This document shows positions 51,577-64,000 of a stretch of 64,000 nucleotides of DNA, piece after piece (position 1 is the stretch's first letter; every line of letters begins with the position of its first letter). The notes below the pieces were generated by a model, which worked only from the letters and a program-made list of their open reading frames with translations, had not been told where the DNA came from and made no database searches. Location of the stretch: contig NC_073391.1 of the NCBI RefSeq assembly GCF_028641065.1, positions 15,934,001-15,998,000 of the forward strand, given 5' to 3'. A program made the position numbers and the translations under genes. This DNA comes from Leucoraja erinacea. Taxonomy: Eukaryota.

Positions 51577-52562
51577 TAGGTATGTTACAAAACCTACCTG
51601 AATCGTCAATGAGAATCTGCCCAGGCCGTGTGCGTGCTTTTGGCGCTGTTTAGAGGGGGCAGGTTTAAAACGCGATTTTTACTGGGCTGTTGCAGTCGAA
51701 AATGTTCAGCCTAGTGAATCATTGACGGAGAATCGCTGGGGGACCCCGTCGCAAAGGGTGTTATTGGTTTTTATGGCCTTGTATGGTGGTTGTAGTAGTT
51801 TGGAGGTCATTCTCTAGATCCGCGACCTCTCGCAGTCCCAGGGTTTTATAAAGCAAACAAGTACCGGTATGTACTTTATGTTTACATTAAAAGGGGCTTC
51901 TTAAGAACCCTGTAAATAAAGTTTTCTATAGCGAGTAGCTCATTTTGGGCTTTTTATATCCCGCAGTATTTTTCTTCACAGGAACCCACTAGAAAGCCGA
52001 TTTAAAATAGACTTTAATTTACAGCAATTGAACACTAAATTCCTTCCGTTTGGCTTATAAATTGATGTAAATGAGATTTAAAAATCATGTTTTATTGTGA
52101 ATTATTTGTGAATATTATTTGTACACTTAGGCTATTTAAAAATGTTAATCATTTATTAAGAAATGGATAGATGTTTAGATCTAGTAATTGAAGTTTGAAA
52201 TTAGCTACTATTGGGTAACTAACTAATTATATGCTTTCATTTCAGGTCCTCCAAGTAAGATTATTTTATATTTGTTTCAGAATGCTTCAATCTATGATAA
52301 CTGAAAATTTCATTCAGTTCTCTTAATTTTTAAGAAGGTTATGGGCTTTTGACTGTCCATGATTACAGTTTTTTTGTTATGTCCATAGAAAATCAATAGG
52401 GAACAAGATGCTAATTTCCGAGTATGAAAATGGCCATAATTTTTGTATTACTTGAGATATGAAAGTGAATTAGGTATCAAATTAAACTTATTGTAATGCT
52501 TTATCTGATGGGATAAATTGCAGACTTGATTTTTTAAATCTCACAATTTTGTAACTTTGCTA
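51577..52562. mobile_element. Non-autonomous DNA transposon (986 bp) with a 7-bp TSD
   Basis: TIRs TAGGTATGTTACAAAA and TAGCAAAGTTACAAAA (13/16 match); GATAGAG is duplicated at 51570-51576 and 52563-52569. Confidence 0.85.
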
Positions 52563-54316
52563 GATAGAGTTAAGCTAGGCATACATCTTTCCTCACGTGC
52601 CCAGCCTCTCCATTCCAGGTATTAGCCCAGTAAACATCCTCTGAGCCTCTGCCATTGCATTAACATCCTTTCTTAAATAAAATTAATAATATGCACACTG
52701 CTCCAGATATGCCCTATGAACTTTCTGAGCATTCTGTTAGCTTTCCTACTTACTATTGTGCCCTTATAATTGCCTTTGTGAATCATGCACTAAAACACCT
52801 GGATCCCTCTGCAATTTCTCACCATTTGTCCCTATATTTCCTGCAAAATCTTTCTTCCTCCATATTTGCCTACATTTGCCAGATTCTCTCCCCATCCCCA
52901 TCAGTATCCCTCTGTAGATCCTCTGTCCTCTTTCCAACCTCTTTCCCTTTCTATCTTTAAAGTGTCATTGATAAATTTAGCGTTGTATCTTCGGGCAAGT
53001 CATTTATATAAATTGTAGCAGGTTAAGGCCCCAGCAACAAACTTTGGGGCATTTTGTTAACCAGCCAAACTTTTATTACCTTCTACAGCACAAGTTCTTA
53101 TTTTCCACAATAATATTGAGACGATGAATCTGCTTTATTCCTAATTTCTAATATTTGGCTTGCATAGGTTCTCTGCACTTGAGATAATGGGATTCATTGG
53201 ACAAAATATGATCAAATGCATTTTAATTCCCATTATTCTTTAGCCTTGAATCATTTGCATAAGTCCATGTAGTAAATAGATGTCATGGCTTCTTCTGGAC
53301 ACAAACTATAACATCAATTAACTTCTAGAAAAATATTGGACGTCCAATTCTCAAGCTTAGCGTTTAAACATTCAGAATATGGAAATGATCAATTTTCTGA
53401 AGTTAGTGAATTATTTGCAAAACATGCTTCAGAAATCACAATTTCCAAGGCTCAGAAAAATGATGGTGTCTGGTTGAGCTATGCAGACTAGAATCATTCA
53501 TAGCTATCTGCTTCAGCCAGTGTGGGGCTACCGGCAATAAAAATGTCTTCAGCACATCTAAGTTTAACAAAGCAAAAAGTGGCCAGAGATTCTGCTTTTA
53601 AACACGTCAGCGAACTCTTTCTGGAAACATCATTAGGGAAAACTTATGGGGCGAGAGGATCAGATTGTAATTGCAATAGCATCGCCAACACTCATGAATC
53701 AAAGAGTCAACATATTCAGGAGAGGAGAAAGATACTGGTGGGGAAAGTTCATGAGCAGAACTAAAACAAAAACACAGCTGTTTACATTTTATACTGGATG
53801 TTGCCCTGAGATAGAAGATGCTGACAGAACTCAGTTTAGATTATTATCACTTGAAGTTTCCAACCCAGCAAGTGGTTCTGTGGTTACAACCAACCATAAG
53901 CTTCTCACATGCATGGGAGCAGAGTTTCTGCTGAAACCTGCAAGGTATCGTTTCCGCTGCCTTTGTACGTTTCATGGTCACGCTCTGTGAAGGATACTTG
54001 TTTTTAACTGACTTTTAGATCCCTGTAGACTCTCTGTTTGCCATCACAGGTGATCCGTCGAATTGGTTTTTAAACCACAGAACAATATGTTGACAACTAT
54101 AGATAAAACGGGCCATGAAATGTTCTGAACATAAAATGGCATCTTTGAATTCTGCTGGAGTACTCAGTTCACAGATATGTCACTCGACTTCTCGCGGAGA
54201 AAACATGCTGCTCTTCCCTGCTTGCACTTGTTGTAGGAGGACAGCGAACCAGGCTGGATCAGTGGGTAATACCGAGAAAGAAAGAAAAATATGGGAACAT
54301 AGTAAGTCAGTAAACA

Positions 54317-54515
54317 TAGACACTAATGCTGGAGTAACTCAGTGGGTCAGGCAGCATAGGAGAAAAGGAATAGGTGAGGTTTTGGTTCGAAACCCTTCTT
54401 CAGATCCAAAATGTCACCTATTCCTTTTCTCCAGAGATGCTGCCCGACCCGCTGTTATTCCAGCATTTTGTGTCTGTCTTTGGTATAAACCAGCATCTGC
54501 AGTTCCTTCCTGCAC
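54317..54515. mobile_element. Penelope-derived fold-back element
   Basis: AGACACTAATGCTGGAGTAAC is mirrored by GTTATTCCAGCATTTTGTGTCT. Confidence 0.7.
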
Positions 54516-54594
54516 GTCAGTGAACATAAATGGCAGTGATGGAAGCAAGAGATACCAAGTATATTCCATGTGGCATTACCGTAAGCCAGACAGA

Positions 54595-54806
54595 TATACC
54601 TTTGGAGTTTGTACCTTCTCACTGTGACCACGTAGACTTTCTCCAGGTGCTCTGGTTTCCTCCCACATGCCAAACACCTGCAACTTTGTAGGTTACTTGG
54701 CTTCAGTAAATTGCCCCTGGCTCAAACTAGTGTACAAGGATCACTAGTTAGTGCAGCCTCAGTGAGTTGAAGGGGCTGTTTCCCCACTGTATCTCTAAAT
54801 TAAACT
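54595..54806 (+). mobile_element. HE1-type SINE fragment
   Basis: TGGAGTTTGTACCTTCTC...GGTTTCCTCCCACA...TGTTTCCCCACTGTATCTCTAAA. Confidence 0.65.
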
Positions 54807-56809
54807 ATACCTCAGGGATCACAAGTACTTGTAATCACAAGTCCTGTAGTATCCTTCTTAACAGCTGTTGGCTCTACCTTCATGATGATCGCCTAGCTAT
54901 GTTTAAATCTCTCTGCTCCCTCACCAGCCAGAACCAGAAAGCTCATCACCCCAGTAACACCATTTGACTTCACTCCATTCTCTAAGATGGGCAAGCCAGT
55001 GTGTCTTAAAATGTCTCCATTACGAGTGTAATTGTCTATTTAAAATGTACCAGTGAATTTGCTTCTACCGTTCTCTTTGACAGAATGCAAATCAGAACTG
55101 AGTCAAAGGGGGAATGGATTTGACATGAGCACTATGTGTAGTTCCTCAGGGTGATGAATCTTTGTTCTAGGAACAGGTCATCTGTGTCTACTCAGGTGTG
55201 AAAAGCTGCTTCAGATATGGAGAGAACATCTAGCTCTGACTCAGACGGACACCAAGATGGGAAGCTGCTGAGCTTGACCAGAGGGGAACAGGAATAAAAT
55301 AGACACACTTACACTAAAGAGGCATGCATGGGTGCTAAATAGTAACGGTTGTACATATGCAAGAGTACTGCAATGCTGGATGGTTGCACAGGTGCTTTGG
55401 CCTCACATCTGGACAAAACTCTTGGTGATGGTCAGGGTGGGCCTTGGACCAACTGATGGGGTTAAGATTGGATGTGGTCGGCTTGGATATCACCATTAAA
55501 TCTCAATACACCAGTAAAATTGGTTTTCAGAATCAACCTAAGGTTTTACACGAGACAGTTAGGAGAAATTGAATATTGAATTAAAGACAACCTTTTGACA
55601 TGGGTAAGGAAATTATAGGAGGTAGGGGATGGAGAGCAGGGTCTCATCTGGTACAATGTGCTTTATTATATCTCCAAGATGCAGAGGAGCAGAAAGTTGC
55701 AAATATACATTGATAAATTAAGTAGGTGGCAGACAGAATTCCATGAGTGTTATTTAGTTGTTGAAAAGTTAGGAACGATGGAAAACAGAGAGATTTGAGA
55801 GGCCAGGCACAGATCATTAAAAGCAGGAGAACATTTACAAAAATAATTAAGGCAACTTACAGACTGTTAACTTTCATCTAAAGGGGTTGGTCTTCGCATT
55901 TACATTCAGCAGGCTTTGCTTTGAGTAATTTTGTTTGCACTGAATCATTTGAACTAATTGAAGCTATTAACCACAAAAGTCATAGAGGAATAATTTCCTA
56001 GCATACAATTTTTAGGGTCAAAACCAGTCATTAATTTAGGATGTACAATCTATTATTACACTTTTGAAAGAAACAGCTCTCTCCCACCAAGTCCACACCT
56101 CCCGCTCCACTCCATCTCCTCATTACCTTCAAGCCTGCATCTTTGGCATGGACTTGCCTGGACGTGTTTAAAGGATTGGAATCGCTTTGTAAAAAAAAAA
56201 TTAACAATGACATAACTACAATAGTAACAGGCTAACAATTCTGAATATGGATTATGATTGATTCTTGGTCACCAATCAATTTTGCTATTCCACCTACTTT
56301 CAGTGGACGTTCCTGAAGCAAAATGCATGTAGATTGTTACAACGTAAGGGATTTCTATGGTTCTATTCCAAATCTGCATAGAGGAAACAAATTATAAAAT
56401 AGACATCAACTGCAAATCTGTGTTTGTATCCAAGGAGCAGTTGGTACAGTGGATTGACCAAGCTTCAAAAGAGCAGCATATGCGTCACATTTGAAAAAGA
56501 CAATCGGACCACAAAATGACAAACGTAAGCTAGCATGTCATGGTAGATGTGAATGTTTTGCCCCGGTTATTCCCAGCATGGGGTGTTATGTGGCGAAAGG
56601 TCATTGTTAGCTGGAATTCACAGAAACGCCGATCATGTTTCTCCCTGCTCACTAGTTCAGAAACATCCCTTAATGACAGGCTAAGGTTTTGAATACACAA
56701 AAAAGGCTTACATTTAAACACTATAATTGCATTTCATTGATTTCAAAATATTTGTTAATCACCATGCAACCTCTCTACCACTGAAAGGAATAACCAGTGT
56801 GGTTATTTC

Positions 56810-57068
56810 AATGCTTCATTGTCAAATCCATTCTCCCAACTAACAGTTTCATCGTCTCCACCGCATCTGCGCCCATTCTTGTTCTCATTCATTAGGGAAC
56901 AGGGATTTCCCTCTTCTATCATAAATGAGGCCCTCACACCTGTCTCATCGATATCCCGTAGCTCCCACCCAAACCACCCCCTACCCAGGTACCTTCCCCT
57001 GCAACCCTCCTCCCTCAACTGCGCCCAAGGACCCCGACAGACTGTTCAGGTGAGGCACAGTTTCACTT
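56810..57068 (+). mobile_element. Penelope-like element, 5' part (interrupted by a LINE)
   Basis: Degraded ORF ending CCAAGGACCCCGACAGACTGTTCAGGTGAGGCACAGTTTCACTT (QGPRQTVQVRHSFT) continues at 60246 with CSSSSLIY. Confidence 0.7.
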
Positions 57069-60000
57069 ACTGAAAATGGCGGTGCACCTGAATGCAGCGG
57101 CTTTGCTCTCCCCTGTGTGGATGTTGTTGTTTTTGTCTGTTTTGTCCGTTTGTCTGTGGACCTGCGACTCGAAGTACAACCGGCAGGACCTTCTAAGGAT
57201 TGGGACGCTGTGTAGCGAACTAGAGTTCGCAAGAAGCTCCCACAACGATGATATCCCGCCAGAAATCACCCGCCCAGCGGAGTCCGAGTGGATCACCTTA
57301 CCGAAAGGACGGTGTGGGAGGCGGCGCAGATGGAGGCGGCAGAAGCGCGGTTGTCGAGCCGGCATTCACGCTAGGCTAAAGGAAGCTCCTTACAGACCAG
57401 CGCTACACCCAGCATCTTTTTGACGAACTCCCGATCGCTCAGCAACAAGATGGACGAGCTGGAGCTGATCACTGAAGAAAATACATCTGTGCAAACCTGC
57501 TCGATTATGGTGGTAACTGAGACCTGGCTTCACGCTGGGATCCCGGACGAGGCCATCAGTCTGGTAGGTCGCACAGCACACTGGGCCAACAGGAGCAGTG
57601 ACTCCGGTAAGAGCAGAGGGGGGGGGGGGCTATGTATTTACTCCTATGACAAATGGTGTACAAATGTAAACGTTGTCGAGAGACATTGTTCACCAGACAT
57701 GGAGTTTATTACATTGAAATGTCGACCCTTCTACCTGCCGCGGGAGTTCACAGCCGTCGTTATTCTGGCTGTTTATATTCCACCAAGTGACAACATCAAG
57801 CTAGCACTGAACACCCTGCTAGCATCAATCAACAAACTACAGACTGTGCACCCTGATGGGATTTTCATCGTGGCTGGAGATTTCAACCAGGCTAATCTAA
57901 AAACTGTCCTCCCTAAATTCCACCAGCATGTCACGTGTCTGACGAGAGGTCAAAATACACTGGATCATGGGTACAGCAACATTAGGGATGGATACAAAGA
58001 CTCCTCCCTCCCTCACCTCGGCCAGTCTGACCATCCAGCACTCTTTCTCACCCCGGCATACAGACCTCTCATTATGAGAACCAAGCCCAGTGTGAGAAGC
58101 ATAAAGACTTGGCCCGAGGGCGCTGCCCCCCAACTTCAGGACTGTTTTGAGCGCACCGAGTGGGACTTGTTTACAAACCAGGACATACAAGAATATACAT
58201 CTACAGTCATGTTCTATATACAGAACTGTATCAACAACGTCACTGTCTGCTCAGGTGCTACCCAAACAACAAACCATTGATGACCAGGGATGTCAGGAAA
58301 CTGCTGAGGGAACACAACTCAGCCTTTAGATCTGGTAGTGATGAATTGTACAGCACTGCCAGATCTAAACTAAAGAGAGCTATTAAAGAGGCAAAGACAG
58401 CCTATGGAAGAAGGTTAGAGGGGTATTTTAACGAGAGGGACCCTCGGCGTGTCTGGCAGGGCATTCAGCAACTCACAAACTACAAGGGCAAGGGGGGGGG
58501 CGATCATATGCAGCAGTAACAACTCGCTAGCTGAGGGGCTCAACCATTTTTTCGCCCGTTTTGAGCTGAATGAGGCGGAGCCTGCACCTGCAGCCGCACC
58601 CAGCACTGACGACCTGGCACTCACTGTGAGTACGGAGGATGTCAGAAGAACACTCCGCAGGGTCTACCCCAGGAAGGCTGCTGGCCCAGATGGCATCCCA
58701 GGGTGAGTATTGCGGGACTGTGCAGACCAGTTAGCGGAGGTTTTCAGCGACATCTTCAACCTCTCTCTGTCAACGTGCACTGTCCCTAAATGCTTTAAGA
58801 CTGCTACCATCGTGCCTGTACCCAAAAAAACAGCCATTACCAGCTTGAATTACTATAGACCTGTTGCTCTCACTTCAACGGTGATGAAGTGTTTTGAACG
58901 GCTGGTCCTGGCCCACATTAAGTCCTCACTCCCACCCACCCTGGATCAGCATCAGTTTGCATATAGAGCTAATAGGTCAACGGAGGATGCCATCAACATA
59001 GCTCTACATTCTGCACTGACACATCTGGAGCGTCCTGGCTCATATGTGAGGATGATTTTTGTAGATTTTAGTTCTGCATTTAATACAATCATCCCCAGCA
59101 GAATGGTGGACAAACTGTCTGATCTGGGTGTTAATGCAAACACATGCGGATGGATTAAGGACTTTTTAACAGATCGCCCACAGACTGTCAGGATGGGGTC
59201 CAATTACTCCCCAGTCGTGACGCTCAGCACAGGAGCGCCACAAGGTTGTGTGCTGAGTCCCATCTTGTATACAATATACACTTATGACTGTATACCAACA
59301 CACAGTACAAACCGGATCATCAAGTTTGCGGACGACGCGACTGTGGTGGGACTGATAAACAACAACGACGAGTCTGCCTACAGAGATGAAGTCCAAAAAC
59401 TGACTGTCTGGTGTACCAAAAACAACCTGGTACTCAACCCACCAAAGACAAAAGAGCTGGTCGTTGACTTCAGGAACCTGCTCCCTTATACATCAAAGGA
59501 GACATGGTGGAGAGAGTCACTGGTTTTAAGTTCCTGGGGATAAACATCTCCCAGGACCTCAAATGGCAAATGAACACCGTCACTCTCGTGAAGAAGTCAC
59601 ATCAGCGGCTGTATTTCCTGAGGTCTCTGCGGAGAGCAAACGTCTCACAACCGCTGCTGTTGTCCTTCTACCGATGCGCCGTGGAAAGTATCCTCTCCTA
59701 TGGAATCCTGGTGTGGTTTGCTAGCTGTACTGTGGCTGAGAGGAGGGCGCTGCAGGGAATTATAAAAACTGCACAGAGCATCACAAACGCCCAACTGCCC
59801 TCCTTGGATGATATATACAGGGCCCGATGCTTGCACCGGGCCACAAACATCAAGCAGGACACATCCCACCCTGCCAACCACCTTTTCACTCTGCTGCCCT
59901 CTGGGAGGCGATTCAGGACTCTGAAGGCTCGCACCGGTAGACTAAAAAATAGTTTCTACCCATGTGCGATAAAAGAGCTAAATTCCAACAGAGAACACTG

Positions 60001-60242
60001 GGGAAGCAAAATGTAATTCCAAGAAATGCCGCCAAATTATTTTAAATTCTTTTAAATTCTTTTAAAATACCTATTTATTATTTTATTAATAAGTGTACAT
60101 ATGTGTTAATGGTTGTCGTGTTTGTATTTTTTTTTAACCGGAGGAGATGAAATGGAATTTCGTTGGACAGTATTGTGCAATGACAATAAACGTATTCAAT
60201 CATTCATTCATTCATTCATTCATTCATTCATTCATTCATTCA
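57069..60242 (+). mobile_element. Near full-length Rex1/Babar-type LINE (APE endonuclease plus RT), inactivated
   Basis: Motifs [64 protein letters not shown] and KFLG. AATAAA at 60185, (ATTC)n tail, and TTCACTT at both ends (57062-57068, 60239-60245). Frameshifts near 57415, 58245, 58505 and 59477, and a stop at 58704. Confidence 0.93.
60194..60242 (+). repeat. (ATTC)n LINE tail microsatellite
   Basis: About 11 ATTC units after TGACAATAAA. Confidence 0.95.
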
Positions 60243-60245
60243 CTT

Positions 60246-60836
60246 GCTCCTCCTCCAGCCTCATCTACAGTATCCGTTGTTTTCAGTGTGGACTCCAATC
60301 TATCGGCGAAACTAAGTGCAGCCTGGTCGAATGTTTCACTGAACACCTATGCTCAGTCCGCCTAGGCTTACGTGGTCTCCCAGTTGCCAATCGTTTCAAC
60401 TCCCCTTCCCATCTGACCTGTCTTGAGCTTAGTCCACTGTCAGAGTGAGGCCACACGCAAATTGGAGGAATAGCATCTCATACTTCGCTTGGGCAGCTTA
60501 CACCCCAGCAGTATGAAAATTAACTTCTCTAGTTTCAAGTAACCCTTGCATTCCCTCTCTCTGTGTCCTTCCCCCACCGTAGTCGTCCTGCTAGGTTCAT
60601 TGATCGTATCCTTTGATTATCACCTCTTCCACAGCCATCAATGGACCATTGTGGGCTCCACCTTTTCTTGGTCATTGGTTCTGGCCCTGATTTGTTTTGC
60701 ACCGTTTCACACCTCTAGTTCCCCTCTCCCCTGACTCTTAGTCTGAAGAAGAGTCTTGACCCAAGACATCACCTATTCCTTTTCTCCAGAGATGCTGCCT
60801 GATCCTTTGAGTTACTCCAGCATTTTGTGTCCATCT
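60246..60836 (+). mobile_element. Penelope-like element GIY-YIG endonuclease remnant and terminal repeat
   Basis: LIYSIRCFQCGLQSIGETKCSL...FTEHLCSV...LPVANRFNSPSH and LRLGSLHP. The terminal repeat has a degenerate hammerhead core, CTGAAGAAGAGTCTTGACCC, at 60743. Confidence 0.85.
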
Positions 60837-61402
60837 CAAGTTTTATTATGTAAATCCTATATACTTTAAACCAGATAACTTTTTTTGGGTTAAAAAAGTG
60901 GAGCAAATGTCAATTGTTAAATTTAGCATTTCTGTAAAATGTTAGTAACATGGCTTGACGATGGATTTGAAAAAATAATGACCATTGTCCAATGCAGATT
61001 AAATTCTTACCCTGATGGCCCTGAAATTCTACATATATTCTTTCACTGAATTAATGATGAAAAACCCCTTGCAGAAAAATCATCTTCCGTTCTATTCAGA
61101 AATGCGGGTACAGGAAGGTCAAGAGTATTTAATTGTCATATATATCGACAATGAAACAATGAAATTCTTACTTGCAGCAGCATAACAATCCTATAAACTC
61201 AATATACATGGATAATATATAAAAAACAAAAGGTGATGGGAGAGGGATGGAAGGTGAAAGTAATCATGATGTGAGGGATATGCAAGGACTCTGGCAGCCA
61301 GGTGGGTGTTGCATCGTTTTACAAATGCCTGAAAGTGAAATCACTGGCCTTTGACTCTCATTTATCAACACTTACCACTTTAGCATTAATGATAATTTTA
61401 AC

Positions 61403-61700
61403 AGAGTCATAGAGTCATACAACGTGGAAACAAACTCTTGCCCATTCTGGCCAACATGTCCCAAGTGCACTAGTCCCACATGCCTGCTTTTGGCCCATTT
61501 CCCTCCAAACCGGTCCATGTACTGGTCTAACTGATTCTTAAACGTTGCAATAGTCGCTGCTCAACTACCTCCTCTGGCAGCTCGTTCCATACACCCACCA
61601 CCCTTTGTGTGAAAAAGTTATCCCTCAGATTCCTATTAAATCTTTTCCCGTTCTCTTTAAACCTATGTCCTGTGGTCCTCGATTCACCTACTCTCGGCAA
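61403..61700 (-). mobile_element. CR1 3' end (second subfamily)
   Basis: AGAGTCATAGAGTCATAC tail...TTCCATACACCCACCACCCTTTGTGTGAAAAAG is the reverse of 47650-47895. Confidence 0.82.
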
Positions 61701-62329
61701 GTAGTTTGCACATCATTCTGAGATGCTTCAGGAAAGTCATTTTCCCCTGCTTGTCCTGTTCTGGTCTTCAGACTGCTGATCTCATTCTGTTCTTGATTCT
61801 TGACACATCATTCTGTTCTTGATGTATTTTGTTATACATTCTTACTTGAAGAACTAAATTAACTCAACCACTTAACTTGATTTAAGAAATGTCCTTAAGT
61901 TTTAGATTCCATTAACAGCAAAATAACCTGCAACATCAATACTTATTTCATTGCAACTTGTGGAGAAAGATGATTGGAGGAGAAAACAAAAACAGAAAAC
62001 TGTCAGAAAGTCAGGCAGCATCTGCGAAGAGAGAAACAGAACTAATGTTTCTGGTCAATGACCTCTTCCCCAGCACTAGGAATGTGAAAACATAAACATG
62101 TTTTAATAACAGAGAAGGGGGAGGTATAAAAAGCATAAAGGGAAGATCTGTGATTAGGTGGAAACCAAGATAATGAGACAATGGCAAATGCATCTCACTC
62201 CGAATCAGACCTCTCTATCCTTAACCTCCCACACTCTTCCAATGCAGTTGCTCTATGACTCTAAGCCTAACATTGGATTGGAGACCAGCACCTCACCTTC
62301 CATAAAGGCAACCTGTAGCCCTCAGTTAT

Positions 62330-62440
62330 TTAGTTCTTTCGTTTTAGAGATACAGCGCAGAAACAGGCCCCTCGGCCCACCGAGTCTGTGCCGACCAGCG
62401 ATCCCCGCACACTAACACTATCCTACACACAATAGGGACA
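62330..62440 (-). mobile_element. HE1-type SINE 3' fragment
   Basis: TTTAGAGATACAGCGCAGAAACAGGCCCCTCGGCCCACCGAGTC...ACTATCCTACACAC. Confidence 0.75.
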
Positions 62441-63240
62441 CGGGATGAATTCTATAGCTTCAGATGAGCAGCTTTTCCTCATTGTGTCTGCGTGGCCAGT
62501 TCTAAAGGAAGGTCATCCACCTGTAACATTACCTACATTTTCCCACTCTGCAGATGCTATCTGATCAGCTGAGCATATTCAGCATATTATTTTCATTTTA
62601 GGTCTTCAGCGACTGCTGCGTCCTGTATCTCACAGTTCTGGTAGTATTATTTCCTGTCTGCCCTCATTCACCATTCCATTTATAGCTCATCTAGACTGAT
62701 CTTAGCTATATACGTGTACTCACAACCCTTCCTTAGATGGTAGAAACTGCATTTGTGTTGGCTGGTTGCCTTTATGGAAGGTGAGGTGCTGGTCTCCAAT
62801 CCGATGGATTCGATCTCCATCTCATCACTGACATTCCATTTGCTTTCTCCACATCTCCCTCTTCTCTGCAACTTAGTGCTCAATGGCTTGCTCACATTTT
62901 CAGCTCTGATGAAAGGCCACTGACCTGAATGACTATGTCATTTACTCTGTTTTTCCCTTCACAGATGCTTCCTGATCTTCTGTTTATCTCCAGCATTATC
63001 TGCTCTACTTTAGCTTTTCAGCATCTGCAGTTTGTTGCGTTCCAGACAAGTGTAAAATGGACCTGAGGCCACGCAATGTGAAAAAGTAAACCCGAGATAG
63101 GAAACACTCATGCTGAAACCCCACTAACGCATCAGTGATTTCCCCTAAGTATGTGCTTAAGGGAAATCATTGATGATATATTACACAGAAGTGTTCATGT
63201 TTGTCTTGTTTTATGTGCTACACTGTAAACAATCAAAGTA

Positions 63241-63572
63241 CAGTAAAACCTTGCAGCCACACGGAGGGTGGGAGGAGGGGGGATGGTCTGCGTTATTGAC
63301 GATTGTTTGCTATAACCAGCTGTTATAATACAAGGCTGGGTGGGGAGAATCATGGCATTGAAGGGGGTGGTTAAACCAGCGGGACATCACAGGTTAGGGG
63401 TCCACACATGTTGCACCGGGGACAGATCCAGTACTCACACCACCTTCATACTGCCCTAATCACGCTGAAGTTCAGCCTTTAAGAACTCAAGCTTTCCCAT
63501 GTGAGGCATCATAAAATACTGAACAAAGTAATTAATACATTTCTCCAGAAAGATGCTATTACTCGAGTTTAC
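63241..63572. mobile_element. Degraded Tigger-like MITE related to 21588-22339
   Basis: Starts TA-CAGTAAAACC, and GATTGTTTGCTATAACCA resembles GATTGTCCGCTACAACCA at 21646. The right end is poorly defined. Confidence 0.35.
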
Positions 63573-64000
63573 ACAGAACATTAGTTATAAGAGCTCCTGT
63601 TAGCAGCGGTTTTGCCTTCTTCTACAATTTTCATTTGTATTGTTGCTAGACTTTATATCATAATTGTAATTTCTGAGTGAAGCAACAGATCTAAGAGTAT
63701 GAATTTAACATTTAATTATGTTTATTCATCGAAATCACATAACTTCAAGCAAAACAATTAAGGATGACATTTTCTGCATTAAAAATTGGAAAAAAATAAT
63801 AGCATTCACACTGAGCAGAATGAGGAAGTAGTTCAAGTCACGCATGGTGAGGTAAAGGCAAAATAAAAATCTTGCTTTCTTCATAATAATTTCTTTATAA
63901 TAACAGCTCCAAGTAATGAAGAGGATGCTCTCCACAATATCATACTTTCAGTAGATAAAAATCATTGTTATTGCCAATTATCAAAGAGCCACACTGATTT

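Noticed and set aside
57420-60016. Functional RT/endonuclease gene
   Set aside because: Several frameshifts and a TGA stop at 58704 show an inactive LINE copy, unless these are sequencing errors.

Overview
Repeat-rich, gene-poor vertebrate genomic DNA. The repeat content (HE1-type tRNA-derived SINEs, CR1/HER1 LINE ends, abundant Penelope-derived elements) points to a cartilaginous fish, probably a skate or ray (inference). Nearly all ORFs in the track are chance ORFs, low-complexity sequence or transposon remnants. The best host-gene signal is a plus-strand, probably terminal coding exon at 40752-41105 that I cannot assign to a gene; weaker exon candidates lie upstream. The larger elements are a 5'-truncated RTE LINE (minus, 29.7-32.0 kb), a short bipartite RTE-type element, a near full-length Rex1/Babar-type LINE inserted into a Penelope element (57.1-60.2 kb), and a truncated class I-like endogenous retrovirus. 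The retrovirus (LTR, tRNA-Ser-like PBS, splice donor, gag matrix) sits in an old CR1 and is itself interrupted by a DNA transposon with a 7-bp TSD. There are also Harbinger and Tigger-like MITEs and a Helentron-type element. Many Penelope terminal repeats carry minimal hammerhead-ribozyme cores and form inverted fold-back pairs. Family names come from motif recognition, not a database search, and the boundaries of old repeats are approximate.
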